NCBI GenBank assembly: GCA_012295275.1
Contig: CM022670.1
Span: forward strand, 5,828,001-5,892,000
DNA length: 64,000 nt
Reading direction: 5' to 3'
From: Chrysomallon squamiferum
Taxonomy: Eukaryota > Animalia > Mollusca
In this document: piece after piece, positions 14,856-28,223 of the stretch
How the letters are laid out: the number at the start of each line of letters is the position of its first letter
Position numbering within the stretch: position 1 is the first letter of the stretch
Made by a program: the position numbers and the translations under genes
Notes under the pieces: generated by a model
What the model was told of the DNA's origin: nothing
Databases searched by the model: none
The model's input: only the letters and a program-made list of their open reading frames with translations

Positions 14856-17800
14856 ATGGAGCTCAGTAGTGAGGACTGGCCAGGATTCTGTGCTGCATCA
14901 CAGCGTACAGAACGATGTCTCCTTGGTAATGAGGAGCTCCAGCTGCCTGAGTTATTTATAGAACAGGTATGTCTATCACATTTTTGAGAACTGAAATCTA
15001 TATTCTTTTTAAGATACCAATCTGTATTTTGTGATTAGAGTTTGCACCTTTTGAGTAATGGTTTTAAAACTGATTTAATAGTATTTACAACAAGTGAAAT
15101 TCTACTACAGATATCAGTTAAAACTAGTTGCACTTTGAATAAAAACTGAAAAATTTCATAAATGAACATGTCATGAAATTAAATATGAAAAATGTTTCAT
15201 GTTTTTGTCATTCTGCTTTAAGTGTTAAATACTGTTACATTTATAATTATGAGAATCTGTGGTAGCACATTATTTTAAAAACCTTTATCATAAATCATTA
15301 ATATCAGATGTGTTGCAATCACAGCAATGGTTTAGCTTTCTTCATTTTTATTTGTTTTTATGTGCTAGCTTTATCATTGTTATTTAAGAAATACACATGA
15401 CTTTGTATCACAGTTATTTATAAATTAAGAACTACATATTGACTATACATGGGTTCTCTGTTCTGTGTTAGAAAAAGTTTGAAATGTCTTTGTGTTTTCA
15501 GGGACACATTTTCAGTGAGGTGTTGTCACAAAACACATGGGACAATGAAATCTCAGACACTCAGAGAGAACAGTTAATGGTAAGTGTTATGCTTACTTAA
15601 CATCAGTTTATAAAATACTAATTTTATACAACAGTTTCAGGTTCTGTTTAAACGAAGAGTAGACCAGATCTGTGAGAAAAAGAATCAGTGGTTTCTTACT
15701 GTGTTCCTCTAATATCATTTGTTTAAAATTTAAAATAAACTTTTAATGCAATCTTCCCTATTTCCAATCTGAAAGTGATACACAATAAAAACTAATTTTG
15801 TGGTTACTTGTGAGTATGGTGATAAAATAATCTTTGAAGATGTAAATGTTCCCACCTGAAAAGAGAAAGGTCTTGTGATATAAAAAGAAGCTAATATAAG
15901 ATAGTGACTTTAATAAAGTATGTTTACAATTTTAAGAAACTGCTTCCTAAGTTCAGTGAAAATGACGCACAAGAGAAGAAGGAGACTGTCAGGTAAGAAT
16001 TTTATTTAAGATTATTTTATTTTTTAAACACACTAAGAACAAAACAGTTCTTTCCTGAGTCTCTTTCTTCAGTTCTGTAAACCTTTTTTATTATTTGTTC
16101 AAAAATTTCATAAATGATTTTTTACAAACTAAAATTTAAAAAAAAAAAGAAAAAGAACAAAAGGTATATATGTAGATACAAGCATTTTGTACCATTTTAT
16201 ATTATTAAATTTTTCATACTCAAGAATTCACACATTATTTTTGTCTGTTACTAGTTTTCGTCAGTTTGTTTTGTTTTGAGATTTATAATGGTCTGTTGAA
16301 AGTATTGAAGTGTGTAAACAAGCAGTTGGTAATTCTGTTTTTACAGAAGACTGTTTGCAGGTGAAGATTTTAAATTTGGAAATCCACTAACTCAGTTCCA
16401 AACTAAACTGAGAGGTAAGTTTCACAAAACTGAATACAAAATCTGTGTTTTATCTGTTATTTCTATTTTGTTATATTTGATGTTTCCAGTTAAATTTTCA
16501 GACTGATTTTCTACACATTTTTTTTTTACAAACATATTCATTGTTTCACACATTGTCATTGCATAATGTGGTAAATTTCTATAACACTTGTCTTATTTCA
16601 TTTCTTCTGGTTAGTTGTCAGACAAGATGTTTAAATATTTACCATAATTTTTATTCACCTTTTTCTTTATGACGTTATGTTTGTTTATTTGTGTTATATA
16701 ACATTTCTGTAGTTTATTTATATTAAAGCACTGTCTGTCTGTCTGTCTGTCTGTCTCATTATAAGATGTTTCTGAAAGGTGACATATACCATTCTGTTTT
16801 AGATGGTTATTTTTCACCTGATATTGCCAAGTATTCAAGTCTTTGCCGTCAGTACAAATACAGAGAATACAAGTTTCGACAACAACGCTACTATTCCGAT
16901 CTCCTCAAACATATAATACTTGCCAAACAGGTAAATATAAATATATATTTTCATTGAAAAAGAACGGGTTTTCAATCCATTATTCTTAAACAGATAAAAG
17001 TGCTTTGGCCAGTATAAGGAGGTTTCCTAGATTTTACTAGTGTTATTAATGCATATGTCTACACACACAAATGCACAGACAGACACACACACATGAAATT
17101 ATGAAGAATATAAATAATAGATTTTAGAATTTAATTAAAATTTAAATGTTAATATATAGATAGGATGTTAAAATGTAGAATAATATTCATGGTGAAATCT
17201 TGTATTTAATGATTTATTTATTTTACTTGGATCATGTCTGTTTTCAATTTATCAGATATCAACAATTCATTTGTGTACTTACGTTTCTGAGAATTGAAAT
17301 CTATATTACTTTTTAAGATAACAAAATTTTTACATTTGTGATTTAAGTTTGCACATTTTGACTAATAATGGTTTTAAAATTGACGCACATTTTGACTAAT
17401 AATGGTTTTAAAACTGACTTGAGTAATAATATTTACAATATGTCAAATTCTATTACAGATATCAGTTAAAACCAGTTGGTGTCAGCTAATGTGTTTGTTA
17501 GCGTTTGGTAATGTTTATATTTCAACTGATGTTTTTAACTGATTGTTTCAGCAAGTACTGGAGGAAGTTAATCACTTAGCACCAGAAGAACCTATTAAGT
17601 TTCACCAGGTTCCAACACCACCCCAAAATAAGTGCATGGAGCACAAAGTGAAAAAAAAATATATCCGGTAAATAAACTCATCAAACATTTAATTAAACTA
17701 TGCATTAGTAATTTAAATGTTTGTAGTAACTTTATTGTGTATCAGTAATTTTGTGATAAATCAGTTAGCATGCAACATTAATTTTGTGATAAATTAGTAA

Positions 17801-20800
17801 ATATTTATAGTACATAATTTTGGATAAATTATTGAAATTTTGGATAAATTATTGAAATTTTGTTGCTTTTTAAGATGTTAATGTTATTGAAATTTGTTGA
17901 CTATTTTATCAGTCTACTGAAGGATGTGAGGGAGGAGTGTGGAGTGGAGGAGACATCATCAGAAGAGGAAGAGGAGTCAATCAGTGAGTTTCTTATTCAG
18001 GAGAGATAACCAGACTTCTTCTCTTTAGTTATCTCCCTTCCATCACTACATAGGGTTTACATTTTTACCTAGACAAAAAGATCTTAAATGTAATGCCTGA
18101 AATATTTAACATTTCCGTACAAGCAAAGTCTTTCTTCTTCTTTTTCTATTTAATCCATGTTAGACTTAAAACTGACATGAGCTTTACTGTTTATTTTATT
18201 ATTATTATAATTTTATTATTTTAATATATATTTTTCTGATTTGATGATCATGTTAATTACAGGCCCAGTACAAAGAAGTAGGCGCCAGCTTTTTAAATCT
18301 CTTGGTCCCATCCCATCACCTGAACCCACAGTCCCCAGTGTGTTAGCAACGTTTGCCCCTAAACCTGTTGCTGTGAATGGAGAAATAGCAGGTAGAATAT
18401 TCAGTAATTATCACTGGATTTAGTGTACATTATTGTCAGTGAGTCTAAGGAAACATTGCCAAACAAACCCTGTCTTTTAAATACATAATCAAATTTATAA
18501 TTAATTGCTTTGTTGCTTTTTTTTTAAAAATTGGAAATAACTTATAAAGACAAAATGAATTCTAAAATATTGATATTGAATTGATGATTCTGTTCCTAGT
18601 AAGGTACAGATTTAATGTAAGATGTCTTACCTAGTTGTGGAGGTATTTTTGATATAATGAACTTTCTTTGACTTGTGATTTTTATGTATATATATATGTT
18701 TTATTTATGTAACAGAGCGTGTATTACACAAAGTTTTATTACACAGCAGGAACGACTTTACCACAGACAAAGCGACAGCGACCGATCAGTCCTGTAGAGA
18801 TCACTGAGGAAGATTATCACTTGATGTTACTCAAACACAAAAAGAAGAAAGCAGAAAATGCTGTAATGTTTTATTATTCACTAGCTGTAGCAATGTACTC
18901 AGTTTAGTAACAAATCAAGTGTGAATTCCTTTAATACCCACTTATTTTGGTAAAAGAAATTTTCAAATTCTAGATGGCCTATTTATTTGTTTCATTAGCA
19001 GCAGTTATCAGATGTTTTACATTTTGACGAAAGTCTTAAGCTTTCTGTGTGTATGTTGTTCTCAGTTTGTATTTATAATGTGCTTCACTGAAATACAGCT
19101 TGTTTGTGAATCATTTAGACGTATTTTTATTTATTTATTTATTTTTATTATTGAAAATTAAACTGTCAGTTTAAGTTTAATTTTCTGAGTTCTGGTGTTC
19201 TAATTTTAAACTTTATTAATACATGTATCATAATTTTACAATGTATGTGACATTTTAACTTTAGGATCTGTTGGAACTGGATACACAGTCAGTGACTCTA
19301 CAAGACATTTTGAATCGCTGTCAAGCCAATCGCAAAATATCAAAATCTCCCCTAGGTAAGACACTGTACACTTAAATGTAATATGTGTTTCAACGTGTGT
19401 GGTTTAATAAAGATGAAAATTGAGTTGTTCATTGTTAATACTGGTAACATTTATTTTCAAGCTGGTTCAACGACGCAGGTGTCTCCTGTAGCAAAAAAGA
19501 AACTGAAAGTGCGAGATCGGGAAGACAGAAAGTTGAAGAACAAACTTAAAACAGAGACGTCTGATGGGAAGGAGCGACTTGCTTCTCCAATGATTGACGG
19601 AGCAGACGAGGACCTCGACGTCCACTCCGATTTACTTCAGCGAGATGAAGGATGTGTGCCTGACTTCCCTCTCCCAGAGTAAGTCCATCACTCCTTCCTT
19701 TGTTCTTCCCTCTGTAAATCGGTCTTTATTTAGAAAAATTTGTGTTTTCTTGTGACTGTTGTGAAGTATTAATTCAGTATTTTGACATGATTTCAGGACT
19801 GGATCAAAACTGAGCAGTTTTTTCAGTTTACTGCGAGATTTTATCTGTGAATATCCTGACCAGCGAGTCAGTACAGCAAAGGTAATTTTAAATTTAATAT
19901 ACACACACACAGAGACACAGAGAGACTATTTAAGTTTAAAATAATAGTAAAATTTGTTTAAGATAAATACAAAATGTATTTAAAAATTACAATACATGTT
20001 TAAATAGAGAAAGTATTTAAAATGATTATAAAATGTGTTAAAATTATTACAAAGTGTATTTATAACAGTTATAATATATGTTTAAAATAATTATAAAATG
20101 TTTATAAAATGTTTAGAATAAATATAAAATGTTTATGTCATAGCTAGAAGAAAGAGTTCGCGAGTGGCAGGAATCTCCATCAAGTTCTCTCAATTCATGG
20201 TTTTTATTACAACCCAGCTGGGTGGACGCTGTCCAATCTGCTCTCAAGTTCCTCTCAGGAGATGTGTTAGGTACACTTTACTTACCTGTACTGTATTTTT
20301 TAACTTCCATAAACCCTCTTGTAGTGAAATAATAGGTTCATTTATAGCAACATATATAAGACTTTTTTTTTTTTTTTTTTTTTATCACCACACAGATTTC
20401 TGTAATTATTTATTTTAAAAATAACAGTAGTACCAGTGTTGTATTAGTATGAGAATGATAGATTAGTTATGGATGACTATAATACAAGGTTTTTATGTTT
20501 TTTCACCTGTTTACAATTTTCTTGGTTGTGACATTTCTTCCAGGTTTATCTGTTGAAAACTTCATCCCGTTTCTCGACTACAAAGAGCGTGCTCAACACT
20601 GGAAGTGGATTGGCGAGGGCAGAGATAACAACACTGAGCTAGCCAGACTGAGTCAACACTGGCTGCAGCACAAAGATGACAGCCTGACAGACAGAGAGTC
20701 GGGTCAAAGTTCACCACTCTTGCTCAAATCGTAAGTTATTTTTATACAAGTTTCCATTTTATGATTTCTGCCCATTATAACTCATCCTTTTATTTTAGTA

Positions 20801-21272
20801 ATGTTAAAATATGTTTGTCCAGCTGTTCACTGGGTAGCATAGTGAAAAGTGTTTATAACTGTTACACGCTTTTTAAACCAGAACTGAAAAAACAGGCTGT
20901 TACTTCTAAGTGAAAAACACAATACACATTGATTTGTATTTAAAAATAGTAACAACAACAACAATAATAATAATTGCATGTGACCAGGAAAATATGCAGT
21001 AAGTGAAAATACTTTTGTTAAATATGATTTTCAAATAATAATTATACAGTCAAGTTAGCATTATACAACTCAAAATGAAGTGTAAAAATTACAAAGAAAA
21101 TAATTGATTTCAGAAAAACTGCCTTTGTCGTGCGACCAACAAGTCATGAAGAAAAAGTCACATTTCAAGAACAGGTTTGTGTTCATATTAATAATTCACT
21201 TAAATTCTTTGAACTTAACAAATTTATTGTAAAACTTCTATATAACAGATTTGACTATTTATAACATGTGAC

Positions 21273-21303
<31 letters not shown>

Positions 21304-24300
21304 GATATCTATTTTAAAACTTTGCAAATCTATATTATGATTTTTAGGAAAAACAAAGATTTGAAAGTCCACACAAAGCATTCATCTACCGTCTCCATGG
21401 CTACGAGTCTGTAGTAGGCCCAGTTAAAGGCGTGTACAGTAAAGACAGTGCCATGACTAAAGCAAGGGAGCACACCCTTCTCGTGTCAGAGAGGCCCCCT
21501 TTTGTTACCATACTGACACTGGGTAAGTGAGAATATGATATTTCTTCTTTTTTTACATTAGATATTACAGCTGAGTTTTACTGAGAATCCAGTTAAAATA
21601 TAAGTGTGTTGATGTGAACAATGATATCTGTACCTGATCTCTTGAAACTGGCTGAGAATAAGACCATTTTCATTTGTCATGTGTATAAAGAACTCAGCCC
21701 AAAGCTATGAATAAGCCCATGCTCCAAAAATCATAATAAATAAATAATTAAAATAATTACAATAATTTCTTTTTAGTTAAATGTAGATTATACTTGATAT
21801 ATTTATGTTAACGGTAGATATTTATGTACATTAATGTAGGTATATTAATATTAAATGAAGGTATATTTAAGTTACATGTAAACATAATTAAAGTTAACTG
21901 TAGCTATATTGATGTTAAATGAAGGTATATTTAAGTTAAATGTAGACATAATTAAAGTCAACTATAGCTATATTGATGTTAAATGAAGGTATATTTAAGT
22001 TAAATGTAGACATAATTAAAGTCAACTGTAGCTATATTGATGTTAAATGAAGGTATATTTAAGTTAAATGTAGACATAATTAAAGTCAACTAGCTATATT
22101 GATGTTAAATGAAGGTATATTTAAGTTAAATGTTGACATAATTAAAGTCAACTATAGCTATATTGATGTTAAATGAAGGTATATTTAAGTTAAATGTAGA
22201 CATAATTAAAGTTAACTGTAGCTATATTGATGTTAAATGAAGGTATATAATCAGTTTTCTTTTGGCAGTGAGAGATGCTGCAGCACGTCTACCAAATGGA
22301 GAAGGAACAAGAGGAGACATCTGTGAATTACTCAAAGACTCTCAGTTTCTAGCTCCCAATGTGACAGACACACAGGTATTCCTTATTTTTTCTACGAATG
22401 TTGGACATCTGTATCCTCAGTAATTATCTCTGGCTTATATATAGTAATAGAAATGGTAATAATATAGTAATGGTGGTGATGTAGTAGTAGTAGTAATAGT
22501 AAAAGACACTTGTAAGTGATGCCCTGACCTCATAAATATTCAGAATTATGAAATATCTGTTTCAGATTAACACAGTGGTGAGTGGTGCCCTAGACCGTCT
22601 GCACTCTGAGAAAGATCCTTGTGTCAAGTATGAAGTGAACAGAAAACTCTGGATTTACCTTCACCGAAGCAGAACAATAGAGGAATTTGGTAAATTTGAC
22701 TTTAAAAAATTAGTAAGAACAAGTTACACACAGAGAGTGAACAGATCAGTATTATCTTATGTATATTCACTTGTAATTTAATTGATGTTTTAAAATTATG
22801 AATATAATTATAATTTTGTATTTTCCAGAACGGATACACCAAGCACAAGGAGCAGCTGTTAAAGCCAAAAAATCTTTACAGAAACCCAAAACACCTAAAC
22901 TATCTCATGTTAGTATTTATGCATATAAACTATTTCAAGTAAATATTTATGCCATCTAAACTATCTCATGTAAATATTTATGCATCTAAACTATCTCATT
23001 TAAGTATTTATGCTTCTGAACTATCTCATTTAAGTATTTATGCTTCTAAACTATCTCATTTAAGTATTTATGCTTCTGAACTATTTCATATAAATATTAA
23101 TGCACATCTCATGTAAGTGTTTATGCATTTGAACTACCTTACTTAGTAATGAATGTGTTACATGTTAGATGTACAAGTGCAGTATGTGATGGCTTATGTA
23201 AAAAAGAAATATATTTTATAAATGGACTTCATCATTGTCTTATCTTTATAAATAATTTTTGTTTTTTTGCAGAATAAAGAAAGTTCACAAGCACTAAACA
23301 AGTCAGTGACAACAGCTTCAGTTCTGACTAGCAATGAAAACATCATCGTAGACGACTTAACAGCAACACCTAGCAACAACAAATCCTTGACTCACCCAGC
23401 TTTCTCTGCCGGACTTAGAACTTCTCAGATAAGCCCAGTCAAATCAACTACCTCTCCCAAGCCTGCCCTCGGTCTCACCGTTAGTGTGGGAAATCTTTCA
23501 TCGACTACAACAACAACAGCTAACGAGTTCATCACTCACGCTGCCCTGAAAACAACGTCTCAGTTGTTAAAAACTCAGACCACTCCGTCGCAGACAGCAG
23601 GTCTGTCTAAGTCTAGTACAGCAGTGAGTGGATCTGTGACATCTCTAGCTCAGGCCAAGACTGAGACAGTGATCAGTCGGTCACAGGCTATCAACATGGG
23701 CCTCTTAGCAAGCAACGTTATCAGACAGAGTGGTGCAATCTCTGCAGTGTTAGGCACAGCGTCGCACCACAGCATCGTTTCTAAAGGTGACAGTGTCTTA
23801 CAGAAACAGACTGCACGTGGTGTTATTCACCCCAGCAGCATCGTGACAAGTGTTGTGTCGAGTCAAGCATCGCCAGCTGCAACATCAGTTCAGACAGTGA
23901 CCGTTCAGGCAGGTCACATAACATCACATCCATCACACACAAAGGAGAGTGATTCTATTACTGTGGCCAGATTGATACAGCAAGTGTCCAATCCTCACAT
24001 AGTGGGCAATCTGTTGACCACTCAGAACCAGCGAGTACAAGCAGCCAACCCCAGAACTACAACCATCAAAATACAAGGTAACATTTTATACTACCTTTAC
24101 AATACAATGTAACATATTAAACTACCATTAAAATACAATGTAACATATTAAACTACCATTACAATACAAAGTAACATATTAAACTACCATGAATATACAA
24201 TGTAATATATTGAAGTATCCTTAAAATCTATTATTTTAAACTTGCATTAAAATACAATCTTATTTTAAATTACCTCAAAATCAAAGGTCACATTTTAAAT

Positions 24301-24580
24301 TACCATTAAAATAAAATGAAATATTAAATTATGATTAAAATACTAGTTAACAGTATAAACTTCCATTTATATTCAAGGTAACGTAGTAAACTACCATTAA
24401 AATAAAAGGCATTTTAAAAAAACCTTTAACATATAGGGACATACTTTAAATTCAAGATATTTAGCAAGTCAGATTAACCTGAGCATACATTATAAGTGGA
24501 GAGAATCTTTACTATTTCAGATCTTAATAACATCTCATTTCAGATATTATTTATATCTTGTCAGAATAACTTAACTACAG

Positions 24581-24620
<40 letters not shown>

Positions 24621-25178
24621 GATAAATGCATGTTTTTGTTAGGGTATTTATCAAGCACAGTAAGAATAAGTGGATTAATGAAAGTAACCAGATTGACTGT
24701 GACTGTTAAACATGTTGCAGCTTTTTAATGGGTTTTTTTTTTCCAGCTAACAGCACTGTAAATGCTGGTTTGGTGGGTCCTGCAGGAATTCCACTTGAGG
24801 CTGTTTTAAGTCAGCGCAAGTTAGGAAACCCTGTTTCTGTCAGTCAGTCATTCCAGACTGTTCAGCAGCCTAAGGTGGTTTCAGCAACACAGCACGGTGG
24901 TATCGTTGTAACTCAACTCACACCCGGCAGTATCACCCTCAGGCCTGGTAACACATCTCTGTGTTTTCACACACACACACACACACATACACATATGTAC
25001 ATACAATTACATTACATAAATAGCATCACACAACAGAATACAACAAACACACAAACAACACAGCAACATACATAGTAGAACAAACAACACAGAACACAAC
25101 AAACACAACTTTCACACACACACACACACACACTGAGCAAAATATTGCACATAGACTACACACAACACAATCACTCAT

Positions 25179-25264
<86 letters not shown>

Positions 25265-26402
25265 ATACAAACACATGCACGCTAAACCCACAAACTAGAT
25301 AAATAAACTAAATGTATGACATTTTCAAAAGCAGATTTAACTTTCTATTTGTTATTTAGGAGTTCCGGGTACTGCACAGGGTAAAGGTGTAACCATGACA
25401 ACAACAGGATTGGTTCCTCAGTTTATCGTTCAGCAGGCACCTGCAGCCAAGCCAGCTGATGGAAGTTCACCAACCGTGTCTCAAGGTTAGTGCTGTAGCA
25501 GCTGTTAGAATATTAATTGTAACTAATTACATATGACGGAGAGGAAACCAGCAGCTTCCTCTTCATACATGTTGCCATTATTGTTTAGCCATTGATGAAT
25601 ATAAACAAAAATCACCATTTAAAACAGTTATTAAACGTGTAACTGAGATACATTAACATCAATAACTGTAGCTAGTTGTTCAGTGTAACTGTTGGTCTGT
25701 AGTTAGTCCTGATTTGTGTTACTTGCTCTGTCACATTGTAATATGTGTCATGACAGCTCTTACAGACACCTCTAAATAAAAAATATATTTTAAAGATTTT
25801 TTTTAAATACATTATTACAAACAAAATCAGTTATCTGATCACAGTTTATTTTGTCTCATTACACTGAACCATGAATATTTCTTTGGGTAGATGGTGTAAT
25901 TTCACTAGTTTATGTGTATGTAATTGTGAGTTAATACTTGAATGTTTCAGATTACCGCTCTCCGATTCTGCTTAGTAATACTGGGGGGAAGGGAGCCCAG
26001 AACATCCAGGTTGTGAGGACAGTTTTGTCACAACAGGCAGGACTCAAACCAGGTCAGGCAACCATTCTGATACAGGGACCAGGAAACATGGTCCCAACGG
26101 GGCAGGTCCTGCAGACGACCACATCTAAATCAAGTGGGCGAGGTTCACCTAAAGGGAAAGCTCAGCCTGTGTACGCCAGAATTATCACCCCACCCCCAGG
26201 CATGAAGCTGGCCACAGTTGGATCGGGACAAACTCTTCAGCAACAGAACTTTGGTGTGATTCAGACTGTGGGTAAAATACTGCAGGCTGTGACATGTTCA
26301 GGTTTCAGTCCTGTTGTCAGTTCGGCTGTCATTCAGACTGCTTCATCTGTCAACACTACAAGTGCTGAAAACATCAAAAAGACATCAGAGGGAAACAGCT
26401 AG
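14856..26402 (+). CDS. NFRKB: Nuclear factor related to kappa-B-binding protein (INO80 subunit G, ~1236 aa)
   Basis: 23 exons: 14856-14966, 15502-15579, 15937-15992, 16347-16414, 16803-16930, 17552-17667, 17913-17983, 18263-18391, 18747-18862, 19265-19355, 19462-19678, 19797-19881, 20144-20270, 20544-20730, 21114-21174, 21348-21522, 22269-22375, 22566-22689, 22829-22908, 23273-24077, 24747-24947, 25360-25485, 25951-26402 (3711 nt, in frame). DEUBAD-type LFAGEDFKFGNP..DGYFSP; LEERVREWQESPSSSLNSWF; HGYESVVGPVKG; VRDAAARLPNGEGTR; VVSGALDRLH.EKDPCVKY...KLWIYLHR; long S/T/Q-rich tail. Confidence 0.95.
14983..15130. repeat. Dispersed ~150 bp repeat, copy A (paralog at 17285-17478)
   Basis: tgagaactgaaatctatatt...gtttgcac...aatggttttaaaactga...aaattctactacagatatcagttaaaactagttg aligns by eye with copy B. 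Confidence 0.85.
17285..17478. repeat. Dispersed repeat, copy B (with an internal ~35 bp duplication)
   Basis: tgagaattgaaatctatatt...gtttgcac...aatggttttaaaa...aaattctattacagatatcagttaaaaccagttg. Confidence 0.85.
21776..22248. repeat. 64 bp higher-order minisatellite built from three ~21 bp monomers
   Basis: gctatattgatgttaaatgaaggtatatttaagttaaatgtagacataattaaagtcaac recurs at 21903, 21967, 22031, 22093, 22157 and 22221; looser monomers lie at the left end. Confidence 0.92.
22895..23140 (+). repeat. 30 bp minisatellite whose first unit spans the NFRKB splice donor at 22908/22909
   Basis: Unit ctaaactatctcat(g/t)taagtatttatgc(a/t)t, ~8 copies; the first 14 nt of copy 1 are coding. Confidence 0.9.
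24060..24410 (+). repeat. 31 bp minisatellite whose first unit spans the NFRKB splice donor at 24077/24078
   Basis: Unit ctaccattaaaatacaatgtaacatattaaa at 24091, 24122, 24153 and 24184, then decaying. The exon-overlapping copy 24060-24090 is 26/31 identical to the 24122 copy. Confidence 0.85.
25183..25261. repeat. (GA)n microsatellite
   Basis: Perfect GA run in an NFRKB intron, preceded by CA-rich low-complexity sequence. Confidence 0.95.
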
Positions 26403-27082
26403 AGCTGTTCAGTTGTTCAGACTAAATGTTTCAGCTTAGTTTTCATTGTGTCTTCTTATCAGTAACGAGAACTAGATAAAACTTTATTAACCAAACTTGA
26501 TGACGTGACAGTCTGCAAGAGAGAATGTAGACAGAAACTGTAAAAATAAAATACTGGATAACTTATTTCAGGAAAAGGAAAGTTAATTAAATCATGGAAC
26601 TCTTAATAAGACTTTTGCTGTCACCCAATAGTTGAAAACACAGTTGCTGCTCGCTTTCTTTCTGAGGCAGCAAAATTTACATAATCTTCAAACAGTGAGA
26701 TGACTGGAAAATTTATGTATGACGTGATTGCATTGTGTGAGATGAGAGTGAGACGTCCCAGGTACAAAGCTGACAGTGTAAAACAGAATGTCTGAGTTGA
26801 TGATGTGACAGTAGACTGCTGCACATGATGTACTATTTAGTTTTCTGTTACAGTGTTTTACAAGGCAGCCACTGAGTAAAGTGTGATACTCTCTTCAATT
26901 TGTCCTGTTTTTGTTTTAACTAACACAATATTTTATTAGTAATATATATGGTTATTTATCTTTTTGCTTTAAAAAATAACATATTGAGCAACTAAAATTT
27001 TGTTGGCGGTTTCTTACTACAAACAAGTTTTAAGTCATGAATAATTTATTTTTACTTCTGTTTATTCACTTTTTTGTGTTGT

Positions 27083-27097
27083 AATAAACATTTTATT
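27083..27097. terminator. Back-to-back poly(A) signals between the convergent NFRKB and Ly6 genes
   Basis: AATAAA (+, 27083-27088) and TTTATT (AATAAA on -, 27092-27097). Other hexamers exist nearby, so usage is unproven. Confidence 0.35.
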
Positions 27098-27111
27098 TTA
27101 CAAAATATGAC

Positions 27112-27360
27112 TATCAGGTGAAAACAGTATATACAGAGGTATGTGCATGTCACATTAATAAAAAAAAATCATAAGGTTATAGATACATATTTATAAAAAT
27201 GATTGATTAAAATAGTTTTTATACACAGAATATTATCAGGTGAAAACAGTATATACAGAGGTATGTGCATGTCACATTAATAAAAAAAAATAAGGTTATA
27301 GATACATATTTATAAAAATGATGAATTAAAACAGTTTTTATACACAGAATATTATCAGGT
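27112..27360. repeat. ~120 bp tandem duplication just downstream of the Ly6 stop codon
   Basis: Units begin tatcaggt at 27112 and 27234, with a residual start at 27353; the two copies are nearly identical. Confidence 0.92.
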
Positions 27361-27376
27361 TGCTATAACAGCAGAT

Positions 27377-28176
27377 TCAGTTACTTGGTGACAATATAAA
27401 CGAAATGATGATGAGTGGCAGCAGAGATCTAACTGTGTTACCATGGTTACAGAAATTTGAATTGCATATGCACACTTCAAAGTCAATTTCTCCAATGTTC
27501 TTATCATAACATTTGTCAGAAGTCTGCACCTCACAACCTCGTACAACTTGCACATATCTGACACCACTCTCTGAAAATACATCAATAAAACCTCTCATAT
27601 ATATCTTCTTTTTTTTTCTTTATTATTATTCTTTTTTTCTTTACAACATGGAAAACTGTTTAAACAAGTGTATTCTAAACAAGTACATTTCATAAAGAAA
27701 AGCTTTGGACACAAACAAAAATGCAGCAAATTTCTACACACATCAATACACAGTTAACCTGTTAAAACCAAAGTCATTCTTATTTTACTAAATTTATTAA
27801 ATTCAGTAGCTTGATATGGCATATGACTAAGGATTTAAAAAAAAAAATCAGTATTTAAGCTTGGTTGCAGATTATTTTCTAGTTGGTGGACAAGTATTTA
27901 CCCCATGTTATTCCTCTCATCTTGTTACATGAGCCAGAACATTCCTTAGCTTCCACATTTGTCAGACGAAAGCTGTCACCACATCTGTAGTCACTCCTAC
28001 TATTACAGGAAAAGCAGCGAATTGCAGAACCTGCAAATAAATACCTGATATCTTAGACAACCCACACGTCTTAAATTTATTTTTAGAACATTCGATAAAG
28101 AAATGTTCTTTATGTTAATGTTAGAAATGTTGACTTTCCCCCAATAATTTGTTTTATATACTTCAACCATTCTTCT

Positions 28177-28223
<47 letters not shown>

